DNA of 64,000 bases from Gammaproteobacteria bacterium (GTDB taxonomy: Bacteria > Pseudomonadota > Gammaproteobacteria > CAJXQU01): assembly GCA_965238175.1 (NCBI GenBank), contig CBDEGZ010000003.1:384001-448000 (forward strand), written 5' to 3'. The notes under the pieces are model-generated. The model was not told the origin of the DNA and ran no database searches. It was given only the letters and a program-made list of their open reading frames with translations. Each line of letters starts with the position of its first letter. Position 1 is the first letter of the stretch. This document shows, one piece after another, positions 10,209 to 18,566 of the stretch. The position numbers and the translations under genes are program-made.

Positions 10209-11222
10209 TTAGGCCGGTGAGTAGTCATCACCAGAAACCGTTATAGCCCAGGCCATTCTTGCCATTTTGTTGGCATACGCCACACACGCTCGATTATGCC
10301 CCCGCGTCTCAACTAAACGATTAATCCATTGACTCAGTTTATCGCCTTTCGTTTTGGCTCTTGATACCACGGCCTTCGCGCCTAGAATTAACAAACAACG
10401 AAGGTATTTATTGCCGCGTTTACTGATCCCCAGTAGCACCTCTTTACCACCACTACTGTACTGTCGTGGAACAAGTCCTAATGAGGCGGACACATCGCGC
10501 CCTTTGTGATAATGAGCGCCGTTTCCCACTTCATTAAAATACGCGCTCGAGACCATCGGCCCAAACCCTGGAATAGTTTGTAAACGTTGGCAAATCGCAT
10601 TGTTTTTTGCCGATTGAATGATCAATTGGTCAAATGTCGCAATACAGGCATCAAGTGATTGCCATTGTTCCTTTAGCTGGCGCAGTATCCTTTTGAAAGT
10701 AACGGACAACCGTTCGTTCTCATCACTTAATAGCAACGGGATAGATTGACGTAGGGTATTTAGGCCGGGACGAAGGCTAATGCCATATTCTGCAACAAGC
10801 GCTCTCATTTGGTTACATAATGCGGTTCTTTGTCTGACCGCTAAGTCTCTTGCTTTATGTTGTGCCTGGTTGTCTTGTTGCTCAACTGATTTAATGCCCA
10901 CACTTTTTAAATGAGGTTGTTTCGCAGCAACGGCGATGGCCAAGGCATCGTTATAATCATTCTTATTGCCGATTAGAAATGCGTTAACATGCTGAGGTGG
11001 TAGTAATTTCACCTGATGTCCCTGTTGTTGTATCGCTCGGGCCCAATACTGTGACGTTGCACAAGATTCTATTGCGACTAAACAAGGAGGTTGAGATTGA
11101 AAAAAGGAGAGTACCTGCGCTCGCTTTAACATTTTCTTTTTGATTATACGCCCTTGTTGATTACAGCAGACAGCATGAAATACGTTTTTTGCTATGTCTA
11201 ACCCGATTGTTGTAGTCTTCAT
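10209..11222 (-). CDS. IS110-family DEDD recombinase/transposase
   Basis: IGLDIAK, AIESCA, KNDYNDA (DEDD tetrad), catalytic SSGG; start set to ATG 11222 after AGAGGAG RBS. Confidence 0.95.
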   Translation of the reverse strand: MKTTTIGLDIAKNVFHAVCCNQQGRIIKKKMLKRAQVLSFFQSQPPCLVAIESCATSQYWARAIQQQGHQVKLLPPQHVNAFLIGNKNDYNDALAIAVAAKQPHLKSVGIKSVEQQDNQAQHKARDLAVRQRTALCNQMRALVAEYGISLRPGLNTLRQSIPLLLSDENERLSVTFKRILRQLKEQWQSLDACIATFDQLIIQSAKNNAICQRLQTIPGFGPMVSSAYFNEVGNGAHYHKGRDVSASLGLVPRQYSSGGKEVLLGISKRGNKYLRCLLILGAKAVVSRAKTKGDKLSQWINRLVETRGHNRACVAYANKMARMAWAITVSGDDYSPA

Positions 11223-11542
11223 TTTGGTCTTCTCCTCTTTTGATTGTGTGTATGTCAGTTCAATCATGGCACCTAGATGCCGTTAGGGGGAGGAGACCAT
11301 CACATCAGGTTAAGTAATGCTGACATATTAACGAGCACTCCGATGATTATTTTTACTCGATCATATCGGACAACAACGCAGATAAAAATGGTGATTTTGG
11401 AGAGGAATGGTTAACGTTTCAAAGTTCTCTTATAGAACTTTCAACTAATGCCACACCATAATTTCGAGCATAGCGGCCACAATAACCAGAATAAACATCA
11501 AATTGTTACTGTAGGCCAAATGTTAACTCCTAATTCTTTGAG

Positions 11543-11920
11543 TCAATTTAACGTATTAGGTACAGCTAAAGTAAATGGTGGAATGTTTGCCATAAAATGT
11601 TCCTGATCATCATTGATCATTAAATATTCTCCTTCCATACATCCAATAGATGTTTCTAGTATGGCTCCACTGGTATATCGAAAAGCCTCACCAGGTTGTA
11701 ACAAAGGTTGTTCTCCAACAACACCTTCACCTCGCACTTCTTCAATTTTTCCGTTTGCATCAGTGATCATCCAATGACGATCGAGTAGTTTTGCTGCAAT
11801 ATTTCCTATATTAGCTATGGTGATGGTATAGCTAAAAACATATTGGTTGTTTTCTGGTATTGATTGCGATTCTAGATAAGTAGTATCAATGTTTATACTA
11901 ATGTCATTAATTTTAGTCAT
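11543..11920 (-). CDS. apaG: ApaG protein
   Basis: YVFSYTITI, RHWMITD, VRGEGVVGEQP, YTSGA; start set to MTKIND. Confidence 0.93.
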   Translation of the reverse strand: MTKINDISINIDTTYLESQSIPENNQYVFSYTITIANIGNIAAKLLDRHWMITDANGKIEEVRGEGVVGEQPLLQPGEAFRYTSGAILETSIGCMEGEYLMINDDQEHFMANIPPFTLAVPNTLN

Positions 11921-11978
11921 ATAAGTATAAATAATACCATTGATGTTGATAGAATGGTCCAACTAAAAGGAGACTATT

Positions 11979-12560
11979 TTGCAAAAAATGCGTTGTGACT
12001 GGGTTCCAGAAAACGATCCGCTTTATGTTGAGTACCACGATCAGGAATGGGGCATTCCTGTTTATGATGATCAACAGTTATTCGAGATGCTAACCCTTGA
12101 AGGTGCACAGGCAGGATTGAGTTGGATTACAGTACTCCGAAAACGAGAAAAGTATCGACAGCTTTTTGATCAATTTAATCCTGAAAAAATTATTCTTTAT
12201 GATCAAAATAAAATCTCAACCCTTCTGGAAAATCCCGGTATTATCCGTAATAAGCTAAAAGTGAATAGTGTGGTAATTAATGCAAGAGCAATGTTAGAAA
12301 TTCAGCGTGAAGGGCAAACTTTTAGTGATTATCTTTGGCAATTTGTTGATGGTAAGCCAATCATCAATCATTGGGAGTCGTTAGCAGATGTTCCTGTTTC
12401 AACAGACGAATCTGATGCGATGAGTAAAGATCTAAAAAAGCGTGGCTTTAAATTTGTTGGAACAACAATCTGTTACGCATTTATGCAAGCTGTAGGGATA
12501 GTGAATGATCATACAACAGATTGTTTTTGCTATATGCCCATAATCAATGAAACCTCTTGA
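11979..12560 (+). CDS. tag: DNA-3-methyladenine glycosylase I
   Basis: RCDW...YHDQEWG, LEGAQAGLSW, IIRNKLK, FKFVGTT..YAFMQA.G.VNDH. Confidence 0.95.
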   Translation: MQKMRCDWVPENDPLYVEYHDQEWGIPVYDDQQLFEMLTLEGAQAGLSWITVLRKREKYRQLFDQFNPEKIILYDQNKISTLLENPGIIRNKLKVNSVVINARAMLEIQREGQTFSDYLWQFVDGKPIINHWESLADVPVSTDESDAMSKDLKKRGFKFVGTTICYAFMQAVGIVNDHTTDCFCYMPIINETS

Positions 12561-12652
12561 ATTAATATATACGTGCCACCTGCATTTCCAGGTGGCATGG
12601 GTATAGATCAATTATGGCTTTTTATTATTTTAAAACCTGTCCTAGTTATAGG

Positions 12653-13003
12653 CTAATAAAACACAGCCAACCAAATTGTTTCGATGTCTGGATTTGTCCA
12701 ACTGACTCGATGTTTTTGATGCGCTGTGATCAAAATTGAATCACCTTCACCTAGAGTAATCTTCTCATCTTGATCAAAAATTTCCAGCTCGGCTTCGCCT
12801 TTTAGCAATAAAACAAATTCATTCTGTTCTTGATCATAATAAAATTCTTTGGGTGAGCATTGTCCACGAGAGACAATTCGCTCGATGCGAACAGTCTTTG
12901 AACTTGCAAGAATTTCGGACAGTTCTTTGGGCAAATCTTCTGGGATATCTTTAAATAGGTTCGTCTTTTTCACGGATAAAACTTTCCAGACTTTCTTGAT
13001 CAA
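12653..13003 (-). CDS. Cupin-domain protein (start uncertain)
   Basis: VRIERIVSRGQ, YDQEQNEFVLLLKG, HQKHRVSWT, WLAVFY. Confidence 0.82.
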   Translation of the reverse strand: MIKKVWKVLSVKKTNLFKDIPEDLPKELSEILASSKTVRIERIVSRGQCSPKEFYYDQEQNEFVLLLKGEAELEIFDQDEKITLGEGDSILITAHQKHRVSWTNPDIETIWLAVFY

Positions 13004-13190
13004 AAGGCCAATCTAGTTCAGTTCCGGATTGTTTTTTCACAACGGGGATCCTTATCCCGTATTGTTCAACTAACGTTTCTGATCCCGATATATCGATGTG
13101 TTCAAGCTCGACATTTTCTATTAAATCAAATAATGCATTTGCTTGTTCACAAAGATGACAGTCTTGCGTCCCGTAGAGAGCTAGCTTCAT
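12951..13190 (-). CDS. Glutaredoxin-like protein (DUF836-type)
   Basis: LYGTQDCHLC, YGIRIPV, LDWPF. Confidence 0.85.
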   Translation of the reverse strand: MKLALYGTQDCHLCEQANALFDLIENVELEHIDISGSETLVEQYGIRIPVVKKQSGTELDWPFDQESLESFIREKDEPI

Positions 13191-14926
13191 TATTCGATGT
13201 TTGTAGTTTCAGTTTTTTGATCCATCACCTTTTCATCTTGTGAATTTTTCTCTGTCATCTTTTGCTTTTCGATTGTTTCCGCTTCTTCTGGTGTTATAAC
13301 GTCTGGAAAGGCAAAAAAGTGCAGGCCTTTAGTTGAAGTAAACAGTACGAATTGCTTGTCTTTAAACATGAACGTCACCGGCGCACCATCAATGTTAACT
13401 TGGGTTTCGTGCGACCAAAGTTCTTCACCCGTTTTTGCATTAAGCGCATGGACAACACCGGTTGGCTCTGGATAAAAAAGCACATTGCCTGCGGTGGTTA
13501 ATACTCCTCCTGTCCAAATCCAAGATTTTTCTTTTTTCTCCCAAACGATTTTTCCCGTTTCTGGCGAAATCGCAGAGACAATTCCATAGCCATTTTCATC
13601 TTCTTTTTCGATAACTTCACCACCAAGCCACTCAACACCACCTTCTCGATCGGCAGGGTTTAAGGTGAAATCCATCGGCAAATGTAGTGCAAGTAGATAA
13701 AAAAGATCGGTCTTAGGCGACCATGAAGGTGCTGCCCAATTTGCACCACCACGCGCTCCAGGAGCTATGTTTATACCTTCAGTCGTAGGACTAGCGAACA
13801 GATTTTTTTGTGGAACAAAGTTTTCTGATCGGGTTATAACTTTCCCGGTTTTTCGATCTAGGGTGTATAACCAGCCTGACTTCGATGCATGACTCACAGC
13901 GGCCAATTTTTGATCACCGACTTTCACATCATGTAATATCAGTGGGCTGGCAACGTCATAATCCCAACGATCATGTGGTGTGACTTGATAGTACCATTTC
14001 AAGTCACCGGTATTGATATCCAGTGCGACAATGGAATTTGTATATAAATTATCACCCGGACGAACACTGTCATCTAAGTTAGGTGAAGGATTACCGACAC
14101 CGACATATAAAAGTTTTAATTCGGCATCATAGGCTGGTGTCGTCCAAACAGAGCCTCCACCGGTTTTCCAAGCATCTGGGTATTGATCTTTATTAGCTTT
14201 TTCTTTTTCGATATCTCGATGAAGATCATCACCTCGCTCAGTTTTTTCTACCCAATTTCCAAACCAGCCACCGTCTTCAGGAGAGGGGACAGTCCAAAAT
14301 CGCCAACATTTCTCACCCGTGTCAATATCATAAGCATCTACAAAACCACGAATTCCATACTCACCACCAGCACTACCAACAATGACTTTATTACCAACAA
14401 CTTGTGGTGCCATTGTATAAGAATAGCCATCTTCTGAATCGATATCAGATGCCTGTGTTGTCCAAAGTTCTTTACCAGTTTGACTATCCAAAGCAATGAT
14501 AGTGGCATTTAATGCTGATAGAAAAACTTTATCACCTTGAACTGCAAGCCCGCGATTAAGTGTTCCACAACATAATGCTGTTTTTTGCCAATCTATTTCG
14601 TACTCATAGCTCCAAAGCGTTTTACCTGTATTCATATCAAGCGCAACAGCCTGATTATTTGGCACCGTAAAATAGATAACACCATCGAGCACTACGGGCG
14701 TTGTTTGTTGTCGAGCCCCTTTTGTACTGGCAGGGAAAAAACCAACGGCTTTTAGATCCGCAACATTTTCTGTCGTGATCTGATCAAGCATTGAGTGTCT
14801 TTGGTTAGTATGGTCATATCCTGACATTGGCCAATCATTTTTGCTGGGCTCAGCTGCTGTAACAATGACACTAGACAGAATTATACTTGCAAGAAAACTA
14901 GATTGTATGAGTGCTTGTTTAATCAT
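13190..14926 (-). CDS. Periplasmic PQQ-dependent alcohol dehydrogenase-family protein
   Basis: Signal peptide, vicinal CCG, PQQ propeller repeats (ALD..TGK.LW), GGEYG, GNPSP, HDRWDYD. Confidence 0.9.
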   Translation of the reverse strand: MIKQALIQSSFLASIILSSVIVTAAEPSKNDWPMSGYDHTNQRHSMLDQITTENVADLKAVGFFPASTKGARQQTTPVVLDGVIYFTVPNNQAVALDMNTGKTLWSYEYEIDWQKTALCCGTLNRGLAVQGDKVFLSALNATIIALDSQTGKELWTTQASDIDSEDGYSYTMAPQVVGNKVIVGSAGGEYGIRGFVDAYDIDTGEKCWRFWTVPSPEDGGWFGNWVEKTERGDDLHRDIEKEKANKDQYPDAWKTGGGSVWTTPAYDAELKLLYVGVGNPSPNLDDSVRPGDNLYTNSIVALDINTGDLKWYYQVTPHDRWDYDVASPLILHDVKVGDQKLAAVSHASKSGWLYTLDRKTGKVITRSENFVPQKNLFASPTTEGINIAPGARGGANWAAPSWSPKTDLFYLLALHLPMDFTLNPADREGGVEWLGGEVIEKEDENGYGIVSAISPETGKIVWEKKEKSWIWTGGVLTTAGNVLFYPEPTGVVHALNAKTGEELWSHETQVNIDGAPVTFMFKDKQFVLFTSTKGLHFFAFPDVITPEEAETIEKQKMTEKNSQDEKVMDQKTETTNIE

Positions 14927-14992
14927 TACTTACCTTGAGATTGCTGGTTTATGGGATAATGCTTCGTTAAAACTATCAGCAGATTATTATAC

Positions 14993-16003
14993 GTGAAAAC
15001 CGCCCCCAAAAATTGTCTTATAGTCGGCCCTTCCTGGGTTGGCGATATGGTTATGGCTCAGAGCCTATTTATGATCTTAAAAAAACATAACCCAAACTTA
15101 AACATTGATGTCCTCGCACCAAATTGGAGCGAACCTCTTTTAGATAGAATGCCTGAGGTGCGTGATTCAATTACGATGCCGGTTGGGCACGGAAAATTAC
15201 AATTGGGCCTTCGCTATAAGATCGGAAAACAGCTACAAAATAATAACTATGACTGGGCAATCCTTTTACCCAATTCATTAAAATCTGCACTGATCCCATT
15301 TTGGGCAAACATACCAAAACGAACGGGGTTTAAAGGCGAAATGCGTTACGGGTTGCTGAATGATCTTCGTCATCTCGATAAAGCCAAATTGACGATGACC
15401 GTGCAACGATTTGTTTCTCTAGCCTTTTCTGATCAAACACACGTTCCTGAAGAATATCCACGTCCAAGTTTAAAACTCGATCAAAAAATCGTTAAAGATT
15501 CCTTAGAAAAATTTGATCTTAAAACAGAAAAACCTGTTCTCGCTTTATGCCCCGGTGCGGAATACGGTCCAGCCAAACGCTGGCCCATTGAATACTTTGC
15601 AGAAGTTGCTCAAATCAAGTATCAGGAAGGGTGGCAAGTTTGGATATTTGGATCAGAAAAAGATCAAAAAGTCTCAGAATCGATCTCTGATCAATCGGGA
15701 GTGGTATGTATAAACCTTGCTGGCAAAACTACACTTGCGGAAGCGATAGATCTTCTCTCACAAGCAAGCTATGTTATTACAAATGACTCAGGTCTAATGC
15801 ATGTTGCCGCGGCACTTGATCGACCGTTGACTGTACTTTATGGCTCTTCCGATCCAAACTTTACACCGCCTCTGAACGAACAAGCAAAGATAATTTCATT
15901 GGGACTCGAATGTAGTCCATGCTTTCAACGAGAATGTCCATTCGAACATTTAAACTGTTTGCGGGAAATAAGGCCTGAAAAAGTAATTTCTTCGTTCAAA
16001 TAA
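14993..16003 (+). CDS. waaF: LPS heptosyltransferase II
   Basis: GPSWVGDMVM, LPNSLKSAL, CPGAEYGPAKRWP, NDSGLMHVAAA. Confidence 0.95.
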   Translation: MKTAPKNCLIVGPSWVGDMVMAQSLFMILKKHNPNLNIDVLAPNWSEPLLDRMPEVRDSITMPVGHGKLQLGLRYKIGKQLQNNNYDWAILLPNSLKSALIPFWANIPKRTGFKGEMRYGLLNDLRHLDKAKLTMTVQRFVSLAFSDQTHVPEEYPRPSLKLDQKIVKDSLEKFDLKTEKPVLALCPGAEYGPAKRWPIEYFAEVAQIKYQEGWQVWIFGSEKDQKVSESISDQSGVVCINLAGKTTLAEAIDLLSQASYVITNDSGLMHVAAALDRPLTVLYGSSDPNFTPPLNEQAKIISLGLECSPCFQRECPFEHLNCLREIRPEKVISSFK

Positions 16004-16169
16004 TCGGATCATAAAAACACTAAGTTTCAGGTAGGTAACCTTCATTTCTAGCTTTATTTCCCTTTGGTTGAGACATTTCTTATTAACAGAGATTATTTTA
16101 CAACATTTTGATAATCTAGATGTTATTTATTAATTCTTCAAATTTCATTAAAAATACAATATCTCAGCC

Positions 16170-17162
16170 ATGCGAATATTGATCGTTAAAACTTCCTCTT
16201 TAGGTGATGTGGTGCATATGCTGCCAGCAATCACCGATGCTGATCGAGTATTTCCAGATCTCGTTGTAGATTGGATCGTTGAAAAATCTTTTCAAAGTGT
16301 TCCAGAATGGAATTCAGCTATTAATAAAATCATTCCCGTGACAATTCGGCGCTGGCGTAAAAAAGTGTTTTCTTATAGTACTCAATCAGAAATCACCTCG
16401 GTAAAGAAAAACATTCAATCGATGAAATATGATGCAGTCATCGATGCTCAGGGACTGATCAAAAGTTCAATAATCACTCGTTTATGTCGGGGTAGGCGAT
16501 ACGGATATAACTTTCGTAGCGCACGCGAACCTCTCGCTAGTTTGGCTTACGATGAACGTTTTTTAGTTTCGAAAGAACTACATGCAATTGAAAGAAACCG
16601 ACAACTTACTGCACTTTCACTTGGTTATTCATACCATGACTTACCTTTAAGTTATGGCTTAGAAAATATGATCAGCGAAATTTTTTCCCAATCAAAACAT
16701 AGCGAGGAGCTTTTCCCAGATAGATATGTTGTTGGCCTGCACGGCACAAGCCGTCCAGATAAAGAATGGCCAGAAGAAAATTGGGTCCAGCTTTCACAAA
16801 AATTAGCTGATCAAAAAATCACTTTACTATTACCCTGGGGTAATCATCGCGAATATGAACGTGCAGAAAGGATTGCTGAGAAAGGCAACACCGTCGTTCT
16901 ACCAAAACTTGATCTAGATAGTCTTGCTGAAATTATTTGCAGATCAAAAGCAGTCGTTGGAATGGATACTGGATTGATGCATATTGCAGCCGCTCTAGGG
17001 AAACCAGGTGTGGCTATTTATCCTGCGACGAAGCCTGAATTAACCGGTGTAATTTCGGGAGCTGTTCATCAGCCTATTATTAATCTTGAAGGCTTAGTGT
17101 CGGCAGACATGGTTATGGAACGTTTAAAATTTTCTAATTGGGCAACAAATAGAAAGTTATAA
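16170..17162 (+). CDS. waaC: LPS heptosyltransferase I
   Basis: MRILIVKTSSLGDVVH, IDAQGLIKS, SAREP, HAIERNR, DTGLMH. Confidence 0.92.
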   Translation: MRILIVKTSSLGDVVHMLPAITDADRVFPDLVVDWIVEKSFQSVPEWNSAINKIIPVTIRRWRKKVFSYSTQSEITSVKKNIQSMKYDAVIDAQGLIKSSIITRLCRGRRYGYNFRSAREPLASLAYDERFLVSKELHAIERNRQLTALSLGYSYHDLPLSYGLENMISEIFSQSKHSEELFPDRYVVGLHGTSRPDKEWPEENWVQLSQKLADQKITLLLPWGNHREYERAERIAEKGNTVVLPKLDLDSLAEIICRSKAVVGMDTGLMHIAAALGKPGVAIYPATKPELTGVISGAVHQPIINLEGLVSADMVMERLKFSNWATNRKL

Positions 17163-17424
17163 ATACACTCGCTATTTTCATGTCCTTTTAAATAACTTGA
17201 ACTAAAAGTAAGATGCTAATAACACGGCTATGAAGCTATAAATTCCTGTTCAAACTTCCAGTATTACTGGCCTATAAACCACCACTAAAATACGTTGTTC
17301 CGTTAAAGGTCCCAGACCGCGCTACATGGACCATCAAAACCACCATACCAAATCATCATGTACCCGAGTGGCTGACCGACGAACCCTACAAGAAATGCTA
17401 ATAACTTTTTCGCACGCTGCATAT

Positions 17425-17622
17425 CTATAGGTCTAAAACATACTCCGTCCCACAATACGGGCACTTCGCTTTACCCGTTTCTTCAATAGGTAAAAACACG
17501 CGAGGATGCGAGTTCCATAAAGAAGACTCGGGCATCGGACAATGAAGCGGCAAATCAGATCTAGCCACTTCTGTTGGCTCATTTTCCAGGGTTTTATTTT
17601 GATCTTCAGCAGAATTAGTCAT
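17425..17622 (-). CDS. Zinc-finger (zf-CHCC) small protein
   Basis: DLPLHCP..LWNSHPRVFL...CPYCG; start ATG overlaps the ilvE stop. Confidence 0.85.
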   Translation of the reverse strand: MTNSAEDQNKTLENEPTEVARSDLPLHCPMPESSLWNSHPRVFLPIEETGKAKCPYCGTEYVLDL

Positions 17623-18563
17623 TAGATATATGAAAGCCATTGTGGATATTCTGATCGTCGGCCATGGACTTGATCAAAATACATAGTTTGCAGTTTTTCG
17701 GTAATCAGGCCACGCGAACCCTCTCCAATCACTCGGCCATCCAATTCCTGGATAGGCGTAACCTCAGCAGCCGTTCCACAGAAAAAAGCTTCTTCCGCCA
17801 CATAGACCTCGTCACGCGTGATTCTTTTTTCTTTTACTTCAACACCAATATCCATGGCAAAGGTCATCAGCGTATCTCGAGTAATACCTTCCAGTGCTGA
17901 CGTCAGATCTGGCGTATAAATGACACCGTTTCTAACGATAAAAATATTCTCACCACTACCTTCGGCAACGTATCCTTCATTATCCAGCAACAGTGCTTCG
18001 TCATAACCGCACTCTAATGCTTCTTGTAAGGCCAACATTGAATTCATGTAATTGCCGTTCGCCTTCGCCTTACACATTGTGATATTAACATGATGCCGCG
18101 TGTATGAAGAAGTCCGTACACGGATGCCTTTTTCCAACGCTTCTTGTCCCATATAAGCACCCCATTCCCATGCCGCAACCATCACATGAGTACTGAGATT
18201 ATCCGCACGCAAACCCATACCTTCCGAGCCATAAAAACACATAGGACGGAGATAGGCGGAATCAAGATTGTTTTCTTTCACAACTGAAAGACAAGCATTG
18301 TTTATTGTTTCTTTGTCGTAAGGCATATCCATTCTTAAAATATGCGCGGATCGAAATAATCGATCGGTATGTTCTTGCAGGCGAAAAATCGCCGTGCCCT
18401 TTTCCGCATGGTATGCACGCACACCTTCAAAAACACCTAAGCCATAATGTAAAGTATGTGTAAGTACGTGGGTTGTTGCTTCACGCCAGGGAACCATCTC
18501 ACCGTCTAACCAAATCACGCCATCTCGATCTGACATTGTCATTGCTTTTTGTTTATTACTCAT
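17622..18563 (-). CDS. ilvE: Branched-chain amino acid aminotransferase
   Basis: LHYGLGVFEG, KANGNY, EGSGENIF, LEGITR, GTAAEVTPI. Confidence 0.96.
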   Translation of the reverse strand: MSNKQKAMTMSDRDGVIWLDGEMVPWREATTHVLTHTLHYGLGVFEGVRAYHAEKGTAIFRLQEHTDRLFRSAHILRMDMPYDKETINNACLSVVKENNLDSAYLRPMCFYGSEGMGLRADNLSTHVMVAAWEWGAYMGQEALEKGIRVRTSSYTRHHVNITMCKAKANGNYMNSMLALQEALECGYDEALLLDNEGYVAEGSGENIFIVRNGVIYTPDLTSALEGITRDTLMTFAMDIGVEVKEKRITRDEVYVAEEAFFCGTAAEVTPIQELDGRVIGEGSRGLITEKLQTMYFDQVHGRRSEYPQWLSYI

Positions 18564-18566
18564 CTA

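Larger units (their letters stand above)
9963..11307 (-). mobile_element. IS110-family, IS1111-group insertion sequence
   Basis: 13-bp perfect subterminal IRs ATGGTCTCCTCCC (9966-9978) / GGGAGGAGACCAT (11288-11300); ends set 7 nt and 3 nt outside the IRs by analogy to IS1111 elements; long NCR 3' of the transposase. Confidence 0.9.

Noticed and set aside
17304-17423. 39-aa minus-strand ORF (MQRAKKLLAFLVGFVGQ...) right after the zinc-finger gene
   Set aside because: Short, with no recognisable motif; cannot be supported without homology data.
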